The notes under the pieces: model-generated | What the model was told of the DNA's origin: nothing | What the model saw: only the letters and a program-made list of their open reading frames with translations | The model's database searches: none | Shown here: positions 7,845 through 17,812 of the stretch, one piece after another | Layout: every line of letters starts with the position of its first letter | Numbering within the stretch: position 1 is the stretch's first letter | Made by a program: the position numbers and the translations under genes | Source of the DNA: Candidatus Fermentibacterota bacterium | Lineage (GTDB): Bacteria; Fermentibacterota; Fermentibacteria; Fermentibacterales; JCC-6 | Direction of reading: 5' to 3' | NCBI GenBank assembly: GCA_963845085.1 | Contig: CAWJQI010000004.1 | Coordinates: 160,001-224,000 of the forward strand | Length of the DNA stretch: 64,000 nt

Positions 7845-9551
7845 TCAGCGGACTACGGTCATCCTGCTGACGGACGAGCCACCGGAGGCGGCGGCCCTCA
7901 CGAAATAAACACCGTTTTCAAGGTTTTCCGGAAGGCTCCAGAGGTAGCTGTGGGTGCCCGAGGACAGCTGACCGGAGTGGACCTGTGCGACGGCGCGTCC
8001 AGCCACGTCGAAAACGCTGATCGATACATCACCGCTGGAAGGAAGGTAGAGCGAGAAGGCAGCCGCACCATCGACCGGGTTGGGGCTGACGGACGAGAGT
8101 ACAACTGCGTCGGCAGGAATACCGGCGCTTTCACCCTCGCTTGTTCCGACAAGCTCAAGGGCTGCAAGGACTGCGGCATATGCGTCGATTCTGCCGGCTC
8201 CGAAGTTGTTGTCCTTGCCGGTGGCGCCGAGATCGATCGAGGTTTCCTCGAGGATCTGATCCATCTCCGCAACGGTGAGTTCAGGATTGGCGCTCAGCAG
8301 AAGAGCCATGACACCAGCCACATGCGGTGTTGCCATCGAGGTGCCGTCCATGGTGGTGTATCCGCCACCCATCATGGTGCTGAGTACGGAAACGCCAGGA
8401 CCGCTCACGTCGGGATCGATGAGGGGATGGGAATCGCTGTAGTCGTTCCAGGGGGCGACTCCGCCCCACCAGGTCACGGGACCACGGCTGGAAAAACCTG
8501 CGATGTTGTCGTTCGAATCGGTGGCGCCGACTGTTACCACTGCCGACTGTCCGCCGTGGTAGGTCTGGTTGGGGTGGAACCAGGGGGGCGGGCAGTCTCC
8601 GCTTCCAAGAATTGTGCCACCGCCGGGCCCGCTGTTGCCGGCTGCAACGCTGTGGATAACGCCCGCCGTGAGCAGGGCTTCTTCGGCTTCCCGGAGAAAT
8701 GCCACACCGGTATAGGAACCGAGTGACATCGTGAGAACGGAAGCCCCGTGCTCCGTACCGAATTCCATGGCCTGGACCCAGGTGGCTTCTCCGCCGTAGT
8801 AGTAGTTGATGCGAAGGGCCATGATGGTGGCCGAGGGGGCGACACCGGTCTCGGTTCCACCCGTGCCGTCTCCGGCAACGGTGCCGGCGCAGTGGGTGCC
8901 ATGGCCGTAGATGTCCATCGGATCGTTGTCATTGTCATAGAAGTCCCAGCCGTAGTGATATCCGGCCGGAGTGTCGTGCCACATGTTGTTGCCGAGGTCG
9001 GAGTGCGTGTAGTAAACACCGGTATCGATGACGCCGACAATGACGCCGTCACCTTCGTAACCGAGCGCCCACACCTGCGGAGCGTTGATCTTGGAAACGC
9101 CCCAGGCGATCGCCTTCTGGCCGGGCTCGGGGTCGCGCTGACCCACGGGCTCGATAAGGCCTCCGCCGATGCTTCCCCGTTCGATGTAACGAACATCACT
9201 GCGGGTGGAGAGGTTTCTGATGACCGCGGGTGTGGTGTGGCAATAGAAACCGTTCACGAGCCAGAAGGGAACGAGTTGTTCAACCTGTTCGCCTGCAATA
9301 AACTCGAGTACTGCGTGCTGGGACGCCTGTGCATTGCTCTTGAGCGCCTCGACCACGAACTGCTGCCTTTCGACGCGGCTCATGCCAGCAGTGGCCGTCT
9401 GAAGCCAGTTCTGGTCAAGACCTCCCTCCATCAACACCACGACTGGAATCAACTCGCCAGGCGTGGAATTTGCCATATCCAGCAAAAGCTCTGGTTGAAT
9501 TGATCCGGCGAGGGCAAGCCCTGCGACAAGGAACAATAAAAGGTACTTCAT
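7845..9551 (-). CDS. S8 (subtilisin-like) serine peptidase with T9SS/FlgD-like C-terminal domain (upstream copy)
   Basis: Signal peptide, propeptide, triad IDTGV / GHGTHCAG / GTSMATPH, C-terminal PNPV...SVFDVAGR...GVYFVR. Confidence 0.93.
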   Translation of the reverse strand: MKYLLLFLVAGLALAGSIQPELLLDMANSTPGELIPVVVLMEGGLDQNWLQTATAGMSRVERQQFVVEALKSNAQASQHAVLEFIAGEQVEQLVPFWLVNGFYCHTTPAVIRNLSTRSDVRYIERGSIGGGLIEPVGQRDPEPGQKAIAWGVSKINAPQVWALGYEGDGVIVGVIDTGVYYTHSDLGNNMWHDTPAGYHYGWDFYDNDNDPMDIYGHGTHCAGTVAGDGTGGTETGVAPSATIMALRINYYYGGEATWVQAMEFGTEHGASVLTMSLGSYTGVAFLREAEEALLTAGVIHSVAAGNSGPGGGTILGSGDCPPPWFHPNQTYHGGQSAVVTVGATDSNDNIAGFSSRGPVTWWGGVAPWNDYSDSHPLIDPDVSGPGVSVLSTMMGGGYTTMDGTSMATPHVAGVMALLLSANPELTVAEMDQILEETSIDLGATGKDNNFGAGRIDAYAAVLAALELVGTSEGESAGIPADAVVLSSVSPNPVDGAAAFSLYLPSSGDVSISVFDVAGRAVAQVHSGQLSSGTHSYLWSLPENLENGVYFVRAAASGGSSVSRMTVVR

Positions 9552-9591
9552 CTTTTCCTTTCTGGTTGTGACCCCATAACTTCGTCAAATA

Positions 9592-10272
9592 TCAGGTCTG
9601 CTCCCCCTCGGGGCAAGCTCCGTATTTCACCACAAAACTTTCGTTTGCACGTTTCAAGGCAAGCTCGGGTTCAATACCGATGGCGCACGCATACCCGGCG
9701 AGGGCCATGAGCAGGACCCCGAGGTTTTCCGCGGACGTGTTCCTTACGAAAATCTGCACCGCTTTTTCAATACCGGACTTGTCCGGCAAAGGTTCCAGCC
9801 CGGCATCCGATGCCCGCTGGGCGATCCTCCATGCGGTCTGCAGGGCAGGCATCCCCTTGGGAAGCGAGGAGAAAAAGCCCTGGCTGGCTTCCGATTTTTC
9901 ACTCCGCTTGATGGACTCCCACTGTTTCTCGACATCTCCTGGTGACGGCGACGCCTTGTCCCCGAAGACGTGAGGATGCCTTCTGACAAGCTTGCCGGTG
10001 ATGCCCTCGGCCACATCCCTCAGGCTGAAGAGCTTCTGCTCGCCTGCTATTTCCGACCACATGAGCACGTGCAGAAGAAGATCACCGAGCTCGTCTGAAA
10101 CGGCTTCCCATTCCTTCCGCTCGGTTGCTTCAGCCACCTCGTGCGCCTCTTCGAGCAGATAGGGGCGCAGGCTTTCAAGGGTTTGCTCCCTGTCCCAGCT
10201 GCAACCCCCGGGCCCCCTCAGAACTCTAACCACATCAAGAAGCCGGTTAAGGGCGGCGACCCCCTCATCCAT
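9592..10272 (-). CDS. mazG: MazG family nucleotide pyrophosphohydrolase
   Basis: LRGPGGCSWDREQT, LLEEAHEV, DELGDLLL, KLVRRHPHVFG, WESIK. Confidence 0.92.
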   Translation of the reverse strand: MDEGVAALNRLLDVVRVLRGPGGCSWDREQTLESLRPYLLEEAHEVAEATERKEWEAVSDELGDLLLHVLMWSEIAGEQKLFSLRDVAEGITGKLVRRHPHVFGDKASPSPGDVEKQWESIKRSEKSEASQGFFSSLPKGMPALQTAWRIAQRASDAGLEPLPDKSGIEKAVQIFVRNTSAENLGVLLMALAGYACAIGIEPELALKRANESFVVKYGACPEGEQT

Positions 10273-11626
10273 GGAGTGCCCCGATCCCGAGCGACTCGGC
10301 TCCCTCCATCAACACTTCGGTAAGGGTCGGATGGGGGTGTATGAACCTTGCCCAGTCCCGCGCCTTGACCCCCGTGTTCACAGCCATCACTGCGCCGGAG
10401 ACCAGGCTTGATGCGTCAGCTCCCACGATCTGCACACCCACAACAGTGTCGTCATCCTCCCTCGCGATGATCTTCACGAAACCTTCGGTCCGGTTCATCC
10501 CGACTGCCTTCCCGTTGGCGATGAACCCCGCGGTTCCGATCCTGACGGGAACACCCCTCTCACGCCACTGGTCTTCTCCCGGACCGACGGTGGCCACTTC
10601 GGGGTCGGTGAAGATGCATCCGGGCATGCAGTCCGGATCAACCGGCCTTTCAGGAGCGCCAAATGCATGGTGCACCGCCGCAAGTCCCTGAGCGCTGCCC
10701 GCGTGCGCAAGCCACCAAATCCCCGTTGCATCACCGGCGGCATAGACATTGGGAAGGCTTGTAAGGCCGAAACGGTCGACCTTGATGCATCCCCTGCCGT
10801 CCAGGGCAACGCCGGCCTCGGCAAGACCCATGTCGGCCGTGCGGGGCCGTCTGCCGATGGCTGCGAGGATTCGCTCCGCCTCCACCACAGTCCCGTCCGA
10901 GAGGAACACCCTGGCTTCATCCGATGTGACTTCCACCCTCTTTGATCCGTTCCCTGCAAGGACCCTCACACCGGACCTGGAAAGCGAACGGGCGACAACA
11001 GCGGAAACATCCCCGTCCACCCCGGGAAGGAGGTTGGGCAGCATTTCAACGATGGTAACCTTCACTCCGAACGCTGAAAGTATGGAGGCGAACTCGCACC
11101 CGATCACTCCGCCGCCGACAATTACGAGTGACCCCGGAAGCGACTGCCAGTTGAGCACATCCGTGCTGGTGAGCACGCCGGGCACATCAAGAAAGGATGG
11201 GACCAGCGGTAATGACCCCGGTGCCAGAAGCACTTTCGAACCCTCGATCGAAAGCCCGCCGGCATCCACCACACCCGGTCCGGAAAGCACACCCCTGCTC
11301 CGAACCACTTCAATGCCAAGATGCGCAAGATGGGTTTCGATTCCCTTTCGCAGCCTGGTGACGGCAAGGTTCTTCCTCTTCAGGATCGAGTCCCAGTTCA
11401 TCTCCAGGCTACCGGAGAGGCCGAATTTCCCGCATTCGCCGGACTGCCTCAGGAGATGGGCGGTCGCGGCCAAAGCCTTGGTCGGGATACAACCCTGATT
11501 GAGGCAGGTGCCACCAAGCTCCTCACCCTCCACGACAACGACTTTTTTACCGAGCTGGGCCGCCCTTATTGCAGGCACATATCCTGCGGGGCCCCCTCCC
11601 ACGACAACCAGGTCCGCCTTCTGCAT
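10265..11626 (-). CDS. lpdA: Dihydrolipoyl dehydrogenase
   Basis: GGGPAGY, GGTCLNQGCIPTK redox disulfide, GGGVIGCE, HPHPTLTE. Confidence 0.95.
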   Translation of the reverse strand: MQKADLVVVGGGPAGYVPAIRAAQLGKKVVVVEGEELGGTCLNQGCIPTKALAATAHLLRQSGECGKFGLSGSLEMNWDSILKRKNLAVTRLRKGIETHLAHLGIEVVRSRGVLSGPGVVDAGGLSIEGSKVLLAPGSLPLVPSFLDVPGVLTSTDVLNWQSLPGSLVIVGGGVIGCEFASILSAFGVKVTIVEMLPNLLPGVDGDVSAVVARSLSRSGVRVLAGNGSKRVEVTSDEARVFLSDGTVVEAERILAAIGRRPRTADMGLAEAGVALDGRGCIKVDRFGLTSLPNVYAAGDATGIWWLAHAGSAQGLAAVHHAFGAPERPVDPDCMPGCIFTDPEVATVGPGEDQWRERGVPVRIGTAGFIANGKAVGMNRTEGFVKIIAREDDDTVVGVQIVGADASSLVSGAVMAVNTGVKARDWARFIHPHPTLTEVLMEGAESLGIGALHG

Positions 11627-11653
11627 TCCTCGATCTCCCTGTGTTCTGAAACG

Positions 11654-11682
11654 GTGACGCCGAATGGTTACCGGGCTATGAT
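11654..11682 (+). promoter_or_regulatory. Putative sigma70 promoter for TPR-tldD-tldE
   Basis: GTGACG-N17-TATGAT. Confidence 0.5.
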
Positions 11683-11710
11683 AATCAAGCTTTATACCTC
11701 GGAGGGAACC

Positions 11711-12448
11711 ATGCTTGCCTTGTTTCTCAGCGCCCTGGTGATGTTGTCCGAACCCGAGAGGCTCTCGGCGCGCCTTCAGGCCGAGGCCGGTTCCGCGCTC
11801 ATGGGCCAGGGGCTTCTGACCCAGGCCCGGGAGGCGTTCTCCCGTGCGCTGGATATCAACCCCCTTGAAGATTATGCAATGCTTGGTCTGGCAAGGGTCT
11901 CGGCGCTCGAGGGAAGCATTCCCCTGGCTTCGGGTTGGTACAGGGCGTTCATGTCCAGATGTCCGACCGATTACAGGGCGCCGCTCGAACTGGGCAACCT
12001 TCTGCTGGCCGACCCGGACAGCTTCGAAACCGCGGGCACGCTCATCAGAATGGCACTCGGGCTGGAACCGGGAGCTGCCGATGCCCAGTTCTCCCTGGCT
12101 AAGCTGCTGGTTGCCGAGGGCGATACGACCGGAGCTTTAGAGGTTCTTCGGCCGCTTTTTTCACGGGACGGCCCCCACAGGCTGGAGACCGGCATGCTCC
12201 TTGCCTCGCTGCTTTTCAGGATGGGTGACAACCGCGGAGCAAGGGAGATCCTGCGGGAGGACCCCTTGACCGGTCACCCCGGAGCACTGTGGCTGACAGC
12301 CAGAACACATCTCTCCGAGGGCGATTATCTCAGAGCGGCAGATCTTATCGATCGATGCCTTGCCCTTTCACCGTCTCGGGAAGTGGCGGACTCCGCCTCA
12401 AGTGCGCTTGATTCCCTGGCACGGGAAGGGCTTTTCATCTCCCAGTAA
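11711..12448 (+). CDS. Tetratricopeptide repeat protein, probably exported
   Basis: GGAGGG RBS before ATG 11711; hydrophobic N-terminus; repeated TPR-like helices (AREAFSRALDINP, AQFSLAKLL). Confidence 0.8.
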   Translation: MLALFLSALVMLSEPERLSARLQAEAGSALMGQGLLTQAREAFSRALDINPLEDYAMLGLARVSALEGSIPLASGWYRAFMSRCPTDYRAPLELGNLLLADPDSFETAGTLIRMALGLEPGAADAQFSLAKLLVAEGDTTGALEVLRPLFSRDGPHRLETGMLLASLLFRMGDNRGAREILREDPLTGHPGALWLTARTHLSEGDYLRAADLIDRCLALSPSREVADSASSALDSLAREGLFISQ

Positions 12449-12465
12449 CCCTTTTGGAGGGCGCT

Positions 12466-13821
12466 TTGCAGGAAACCAGAGACAGGGCGGAAAGAGCGGT
12501 TCAAGCTTCGGAGGCCGATTTCGTCGAGATCAGGCTTGAAAGGATATCCTCACTTGAACTGGCCCAGATCGGCAGACGCGGGTTCAGCGTGGGGCCGGTG
12601 ATGCGGGAGGGTTGCACCGTGCGGGCGATGGTGTCAGGAAAATGGGGGTATTCATGGGGCTCGGGTTTCAGCGGGATCGAAGCGCTTGTGGACAGGGCGG
12701 CCGGTGCAGCAGTATCGGCTGAAGGCGGCTCCGTTCACCTTGCTCTCCCCGCTCCGGAGCGTGACAGCTTCATCCCTGGAAGCACCGAACCCTTCAGCCA
12801 GGCCCCTCTGAAAGACAAGGCATTTCTCTGCCGTCATTACTGCGAGCTTCTTGGAATGACCAATCCGGGTGCCTCCGCGAAAGTCGATTACAGCGAAGTC
12901 ATACGTGACAGGGTGATCGTCAACTCGGCCGGAACCAGCATACGGGAGGTCGAAGAGCTTTGCGGGCTGCGCATGCAGGCGGCCCTTCCCGGCAACGTAA
13001 CATCCTCGAAAAGCATAGCCTGCAGGGGCGGACTCGAGCACCTCCGCCACAGGGAAGACCTTGCGAGGGAAATCACGGAAGACCTCTCGCAGAGAACCAG
13101 CCCGTCGGGTCCCACCCCGGGTGTAATTCCAGCCGTTCTCGGGCCGGAGCTGACTGGCATGCTCGTTCACGAGGCTTTCGGGCACCTCGCCGAATCGGAT
13201 CTTCTCGGCCAGTGCCCCGCCATGGCGGCTCTTGTCAGCCCCGGCAGGATGGTCGGGGGTGAGTGCGTTAACATCACGGACGACCCCACGCACTTTAACC
13301 TTCCCGGAAGCTGCAGCTGGGATGACGAGGGTACACGCGGCACAAGCTCGATCCTTGTTTCCGCTGGTGTTGTGAAGAGCAGGCTGCACACGTTGACAAC
13401 AGCCGCCGCAAGCGGAGTGAAGCCTTCGGGAAACGCAAGGGCATGGGGCACCGGAAGCATCCCCATGGCGAGAATGAGATGCACCATTCTCGAGCCTGGT
13501 GCGGGTGGCCGGGACGATCTTCTTGCCGCCCTCGGAAGCGGGATATACCTGAAGGGGTGCCTTGGCGGTGCAACCGACATGGAACGGTTCAGCCTCATTG
13601 CGGAAAGCGGCTGGACCGTAAAACGCGGGCTGCCTGACCGGCCGCTGGGACCGGTCGTGATAACCGGGAATGTTTTCGACACCCTCAGGGCGATAGAAAA
13701 GGTCGGGGATGACATGGAGCTCTTCGGAAACATCGGCGGCTGCGGCAGGGCGTTCGAAACCGCCATTCCGGTCAGCTACGGCGGACCCCACATCCTCGTC
13801 TCCGGAATAAGGATAAGCTGA
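12466..13821 (+). CDS. tldD: TldD family metalloprotease
   Basis: HExxGH (VHEAFGHLAESD), WDDEG, SGNAR, GGCGR...PVSYGGPH; TTG start after GGAGGG. Confidence 0.9.
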   Translation: MQETRDRAERAVQASEADFVEIRLERISSLELAQIGRRGFSVGPVMREGCTVRAMVSGKWGYSWGSGFSGIEALVDRAAGAAVSAEGGSVHLALPAPERDSFIPGSTEPFSQAPLKDKAFLCRHYCELLGMTNPGASAKVDYSEVIRDRVIVNSAGTSIREVEELCGLRMQAALPGNVTSSKSIACRGGLEHLRHREDLAREITEDLSQRTSPSGPTPGVIPAVLGPELTGMLVHEAFGHLAESDLLGQCPAMAALVSPGRMVGGECVNITDDPTHFNLPGSCSWDDEGTRGTSSILVSAGVVKSRLHTLTTAAASGVKPSGNARAWGTGSIPMARMRCTILEPGAGGRDDLLAALGSGIYLKGCLGGATDMERFSLIAESGWTVKRGLPDRPLGPVVITGNVFDTLRAIEKVGDDMELFGNIGGCGRAFETAIPVSYGGPHILVSGIRIS

Positions 13822-13823
13822 CA

Positions 13824-15122
13824 ATGAAGGCAATAGATCGCGCAGGAAAAATTCTCGACACGCTTCGACAGGTTTCCACCGACGCCGAGGTCAACTGGCT
13901 CTTCCGAAGACGGAACACACTGCTCGCCGGAAACGGCACTCCTGTTTCGGGGACAGGTGCCGTCACTTCCTACAGCGTGCGCATAAAGAGGAATGGCAAG
14001 GCCGGAACCGCAGGTTCGGAAGGCGGGTTCCACCCGGCACTTCTTGCGGAGAGTGCTATCTCCTCGGCAAGATCGGGGCCTGAATTCACCTGGGAACTGC
14101 CATCGGAATCCCCTTCAACCGATGACTTCAGGAACCTCGGTGATCTTCCCGAGGCAGTTGATGTTCTTCGGTTCGTCAACGGGCTTTCCTCGGAAGCAGA
14201 TGCCGCATTTCCCGGAACCCTTCTGACCACCCGGGTCTCATGGGGACGGGACGCGGTCGGCATCCTCAACACGAACGGGTGCACGGGCGAGTACGTTCGC
14301 TACAGGATAAGGGTCGATGCCACCGTGAGTTCCGCTACCGCAGACGGGCTGTACAGGCGTGCATCACATTTCGAGTGCACCAGCCTTCCCGAGCCCTCCA
14401 CTGCGATCTCCTGGCTCTTCCCCGGCCTTGCCCATGCAGGAGCCGGGCTCGAGACCGCTGTTGGCAGGAAGACTGTTGTCTTTGCTCCCCCCGCCCTCGG
14501 GGTGCTTTTGCAGGCGGTGAGGACGGGAGTCAGCGGAAGGGTGCTGCTTGACGGCGCATCGTGCCTCGCGGGCAAACTCGGTGAGACAGTTCTTTCGCCC
14601 CTTCTGACCATCAGGGAGATGCCGCTGCTCGAAAGCGGGGCCAGCTCCGCCCCCTTCGATTCAGAAGGGATTCCAACATGCAACAAGGCGCTGTTCAGGA
14701 ACGGGGTGTTCAAGGGCTTCGTGTTCGACCTTGCAAGCGGCTCGGAGGCCGGCATCCCTTCAACCGGGAACGCGGGAAAGAACCTGGGGGGACACCCCAT
14801 GCCGATCTGCACCAACATCACCGTGGACACCGGGGATGGAGGCTCACTGGATGAGATGATCTCCCGCGTTGACAGCGGCGTACTCGTTTCGGGAATCCTC
14901 AGCGCCGAGGGCAGCAACGCAGCCGGCGGAGGGATGATACTCGACTGTGGTACCGCCTGGACGATAACCGGCGGTGAGGTCACGGGCCGGCTCGCGAACT
15001 GTCTCATTTCGGGCAGCGCCTACGAGATACTCGCCGGCGCGATCGAGGTTGGGGGATCACAGCACAGAACCGGAACTGACCTGCTTCCGCCCGTGACCGC
15101 AGAAGGGGTCAGGATCAGGTAG
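13824..15122 (+). CDS. pmbA: TldE/PmbA family protein
   Basis: Directly follows tldD; PFDSEG, STGNA; lacks HExxH as expected for TldE. Confidence 0.85.
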   Translation: MKAIDRAGKILDTLRQVSTDAEVNWLFRRRNTLLAGNGTPVSGTGAVTSYSVRIKRNGKAGTAGSEGGFHPALLAESAISSARSGPEFTWELPSESPSTDDFRNLGDLPEAVDVLRFVNGLSSEADAAFPGTLLTTRVSWGRDAVGILNTNGCTGEYVRYRIRVDATVSSATADGLYRRASHFECTSLPEPSTAISWLFPGLAHAGAGLETAVGRKTVVFAPPALGVLLQAVRTGVSGRVLLDGASCLAGKLGETVLSPLLTIREMPLLESGASSAPFDSEGIPTCNKALFRNGVFKGFVFDLASGSEAGIPSTGNAGKNLGGHPMPICTNITVDTGDGGSLDEMISRVDSGVLVSGILSAEGSNAAGGGMILDCGTAWTITGGEVTGRLANCLISGSAYEILAGAIEVGGSQHRTGTDLLPPVTAEGVRIR

Positions 15123-16104
15123 CGCCCGTCCGGGAAAAAAGCTTGACAAGTTTTCCGGTCGTGGTGCCATAGAGGGCGAGCGACAAACCGAATGCGACCG
15201 CTTCCCCGAGTGTGATCCAGATGCGCGCCGCAATGGCGGCAAGCTCTGCCAGACCGGGTTCCGCATCCGGTGCCGCCATCCTGATCAGCCATACAAGAAC
15301 GAGTTCCCTGATGCCGAGCCCACCAGGGGCGAAAACCATCAGGTATCCGATCCCGAACGCCGTGGGGTACAGGAATATTCCCGGGAAGAAGGGGATTGAG
15401 AGCCCGAAGCTGCGGGCGAGAAGCCAGAATCCAAGCCCCACGAAGAGGAAAATGCCCACATAGACCGGAATGATCCTGAGAATGTCGGCGAACGGCGCCC
15501 TGCGCGTATCGTACTGCTTGCCGGTGACCCTTGAGACGGTTTTCATGAGAAATCCGAATACGGCGGGATGCGCTGCGGAAAGGGTCAGCAGCCCCATCGC
15601 CACGGAAAGCCATACAGCTTCTGCTCCGCCCATGCCGACAGCCCTCGCGGCATCCGCGACCAGCGGCATGGCCGTAAGAAGGCAGCCGAAGACGATGAAG
15701 ACGGTTTCCAGCACGAGCGCGTGGCCCGCCTGAATCCGGGTCAGGCCCGAATCGCAGGAAAGGGCGAACTTGCCGATCGCGCTCCAAACCATGCCGGGAA
15801 CGTACTTGCCGACCTGCGCCAGAAAGTGGATTGAATAAGCCTTCCAGAAACCGAGCCTGCCGCCGGTCAGGCCGGCGACCTTCTTCCAGGCAAGCCCGCA
15901 CGCAACAAGATGAAGCTGGAGCAAAGCGAATGAGAGGGCGAACATCAAAGGGTTGAACCTTAGCAGGTTGTCGATTCCGCCGCTCTCACGAATACCCTTG
16001 GACAGGGAACTGCCGAGGAAGTACAGGGCGAGCACCACAAAGACAAGACCGATGAGCTTTAACAGCTTTTTGCCGGCACTTTGTGTCTGCGAAGACACTG
16101 TCAA
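15115..16104 (-). CDS. Lysylphosphatidylglycerol synthase TM domain / flippase-like membrane protein (UPF0104)
   Basis: Multi-TM; GKYVPG and APGGLGIRE motifs. Confidence 0.85.
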   Translation of the reverse strand: MTVSSQTQSAGKKLLKLIGLVFVVLALYFLGSSLSKGIRESGGIDNLLRFNPLMFALSFALLQLHLVACGLAWKKVAGLTGGRLGFWKAYSIHFLAQVGKYVPGMVWSAIGKFALSCDSGLTRIQAGHALVLETVFIVFGCLLTAMPLVADAARAVGMGGAEAVWLSVAMGLLTLSAAHPAVFGFLMKTVSRVTGKQYDTRRAPFADILRIIPVYVGIFLFVGLGFWLLARSFGLSIPFFPGIFLYPTAFGIGYLMVFAPGGLGIRELVLVWLIRMAAPDAEPGLAELAAIAARIWITLGEAVAFGLSLALYGTTTGKLVKLFSRTGAT

Positions 16105-16538
16105 TCCAGAACGCTTACGCGGCTTGAAGGTTTGTTGATCTTTTCGCCGGGAACGCTCTTCGGGGTGATGAACCCCTTGAAGAACGGCATGCAGGCCAGT
16201 GAATTCATCTCCCTCAGTTTCTCCTCGGACGAGATGCCGGATGCCATGACGCCCTCCAGATCCCGCATGAATTCGGAAAGCCTGTCTTCGCGGCTCAGCC
16301 CCGATTTCCTGCGCCAGCCCGAGGGGTTGATCAGGCGGTAAAGTATGCGGATCGCCCTCGAATCAGGCTCGATGACCGCCTTGGCGTGCTCCCTGGCCTC
16401 GTCGGATGTCAACAGCTTGATCAGCTGCCTTCCAAGAAGCTCGCCTGTGACTATTCCCCTTGAATGAAGGTCGGCCAGTGATGAAATCCTTCGGGCAAGA
16501 CTGCTCTCGAGATCCTTTATCTGGGTGCTGTCCTTCAT
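16101..16538 (-). CDS. Hypothetical protein
   Basis: 145 aa ORF overlapping both neighbours by 4 nt (translational coupling). Confidence 0.7.
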   Translation of the reverse strand: MKDSTQIKDLESSLARRISSLADLHSRGIVTGELLGRQLIKLLTSDEAREHAKAVIEPDSRAIRILYRLINPSGWRRKSGLSREDRLSEFMRDLEGVMASGISSEEKLREMNSLACMPFFKGFITPKSVPGEKINKPSSRVSVLD

Positions 16539-17806
16539 GCCTTGTCCTCCGGAGCAGAGAGCCTTCCCATTGCGGCCTTCACCCTGCTGTGAAGTTCAGT
16601 GTCTCCCCTCAGCGGCGCGCAGTGAATCTCGATCCCCCCTGCATCGTTTCTGACCGTGCTTTCCACAAGGCAGTTCCTTCGAATCCAGTTTTCAAGCCCG
16701 CCGTTGGAAATATCCAGGGAGACCGTGTACCAGTCCAGTGTTTTTTTCCAGAATGAAGCGATCGCGTCAAGCAGATCGTTCAGGCCATCGCCGGTGAGGG
16801 CCGACACCGAAAGCCCCTGAGAGGGGGGAATTTCGGAAAGGTCGGATTTGTTCCAGACCAGAATTCTGGGTGTGTTCCCGGCGCCGATCCTCTCGAGAGT
16901 GGAGGTGACGACATAGAGACGCTCCTCCCTGTCCTGGCAGCTGCTGTCGGCAACAAGCAGAAGCAGGTCGGCTTCCCTGACAACGTCAAGCGTGCTTCTG
17001 AAGCTCGCCACAAGTGTCTCCGGGAGCCTTTCTATGAAACCCACGGTGTCGGACAGGAGAACGGTTCCGGAACCGGGCAGGGAAAGCCTTCGAGATGTCG
17101 TGTCGAGCGTAGCGAAGAGCTTGTCCTCCACCAGGGCCGAAGAGTTGCACAGGGCGTTCAGGAGCGAGCTTTTCCCTGCGTTCGTGTAGCCCACGAGGGA
17201 TACCTTGAACATGCCTTCCCTGGACGATCTGCGAAGCTTTGTTCCGGTTTCCAGCGCGGCGAGCCGTGATTCGATGACGGCAATGCGCGACCGCGACCGG
17301 CGGCGATCAACCTCAAGCTGTGTCTCACCGGGGCCACGCGTGCCGATGCCTGCACCAAGCCGTGAGAAATGGTGCCACATCCCCGAAAGCCTGGGCAGTG
17401 TGTACTTGAGCTGGGCGAGCTCTATCTGCAACCTGGCCTGCACGGTACGGGCATTGAGGGCAAAGATTGCGAGAATGAGCTCGGTTCTGTCAATCACCTT
17501 GCATTCGGTGATCCGCTCGAGCCTGGCGACCTGCCCTGCGGTGAGATTGTGATCGAACACGATGGTGTTGACACCGAGCTCAACAGCTTTGGCTGCTATT
17601 TCGGCGGCCTTGCCGCTCCCGACGAACGATCCTGCATCGGGTTTCACAAGGTTCTGATGGAGCGAAGCCGCTACTGATCCGCCTGCGGTTTTAACAAGCT
17701 GGATCATCTCGACGTCACGTCCGGCGTGGTTGCCCCTGCCTATCCCGACAGTGACAAGAATGACGCTTTCCGAGGGACTTCCTGTGATTCTATCGGTGGA
17801 GATCAA
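16535..17806 (-). CDS. hflX: GTPase HflX
   Basis: GTRGPGETQLEVDRR, GYTNAGKSSLLN, LFATLD, DTVGFI, NKSD. Confidence 0.96.
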   Translation of the reverse strand: MISTDRITGSPSESVILVTVGIGRGNHAGRDVEMIQLVKTAGGSVAASLHQNLVKPDAGSFVGSGKAAEIAAKAVELGVNTIVFDHNLTAGQVARLERITECKVIDRTELILAIFALNARTVQARLQIELAQLKYTLPRLSGMWHHFSRLGAGIGTRGPGETQLEVDRRRSRSRIAVIESRLAALETGTKLRRSSREGMFKVSLVGYTNAGKSSLLNALCNSSALVEDKLFATLDTTSRRLSLPGSGTVLLSDTVGFIERLPETLVASFRSTLDVVREADLLLLVADSSCQDREERLYVVTSTLERIGAGNTPRILVWNKSDLSEIPPSQGLSVSALTGDGLNDLLDAIASFWKKTLDWYTVSLDISNGGLENWIRRNCLVESTVRNDAGGIEIHCAPLRGDTELHSRVKAAMGRLSAPEDKA

Positions 17807-17812
17807 GGAGGA

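Noticed and set aside
6041..9551. Long direct DNA similarity suggesting a repeat array or a DGR template/variable pair
   Set aside because: Explained by two full-length paralogous genes; no reverse transcriptase in the window, and differences are not adenine-specific where I compared them.
11321..11710. N-terminal extension of the TPR ORF; similar extensions on guaB, carD, glgA, tolC, yicC, fabD and the FAD oxidoreductase
   Set aside because: They overlap real neighbouring genes or promoters; better starts with RBS or family homology lie downstream.
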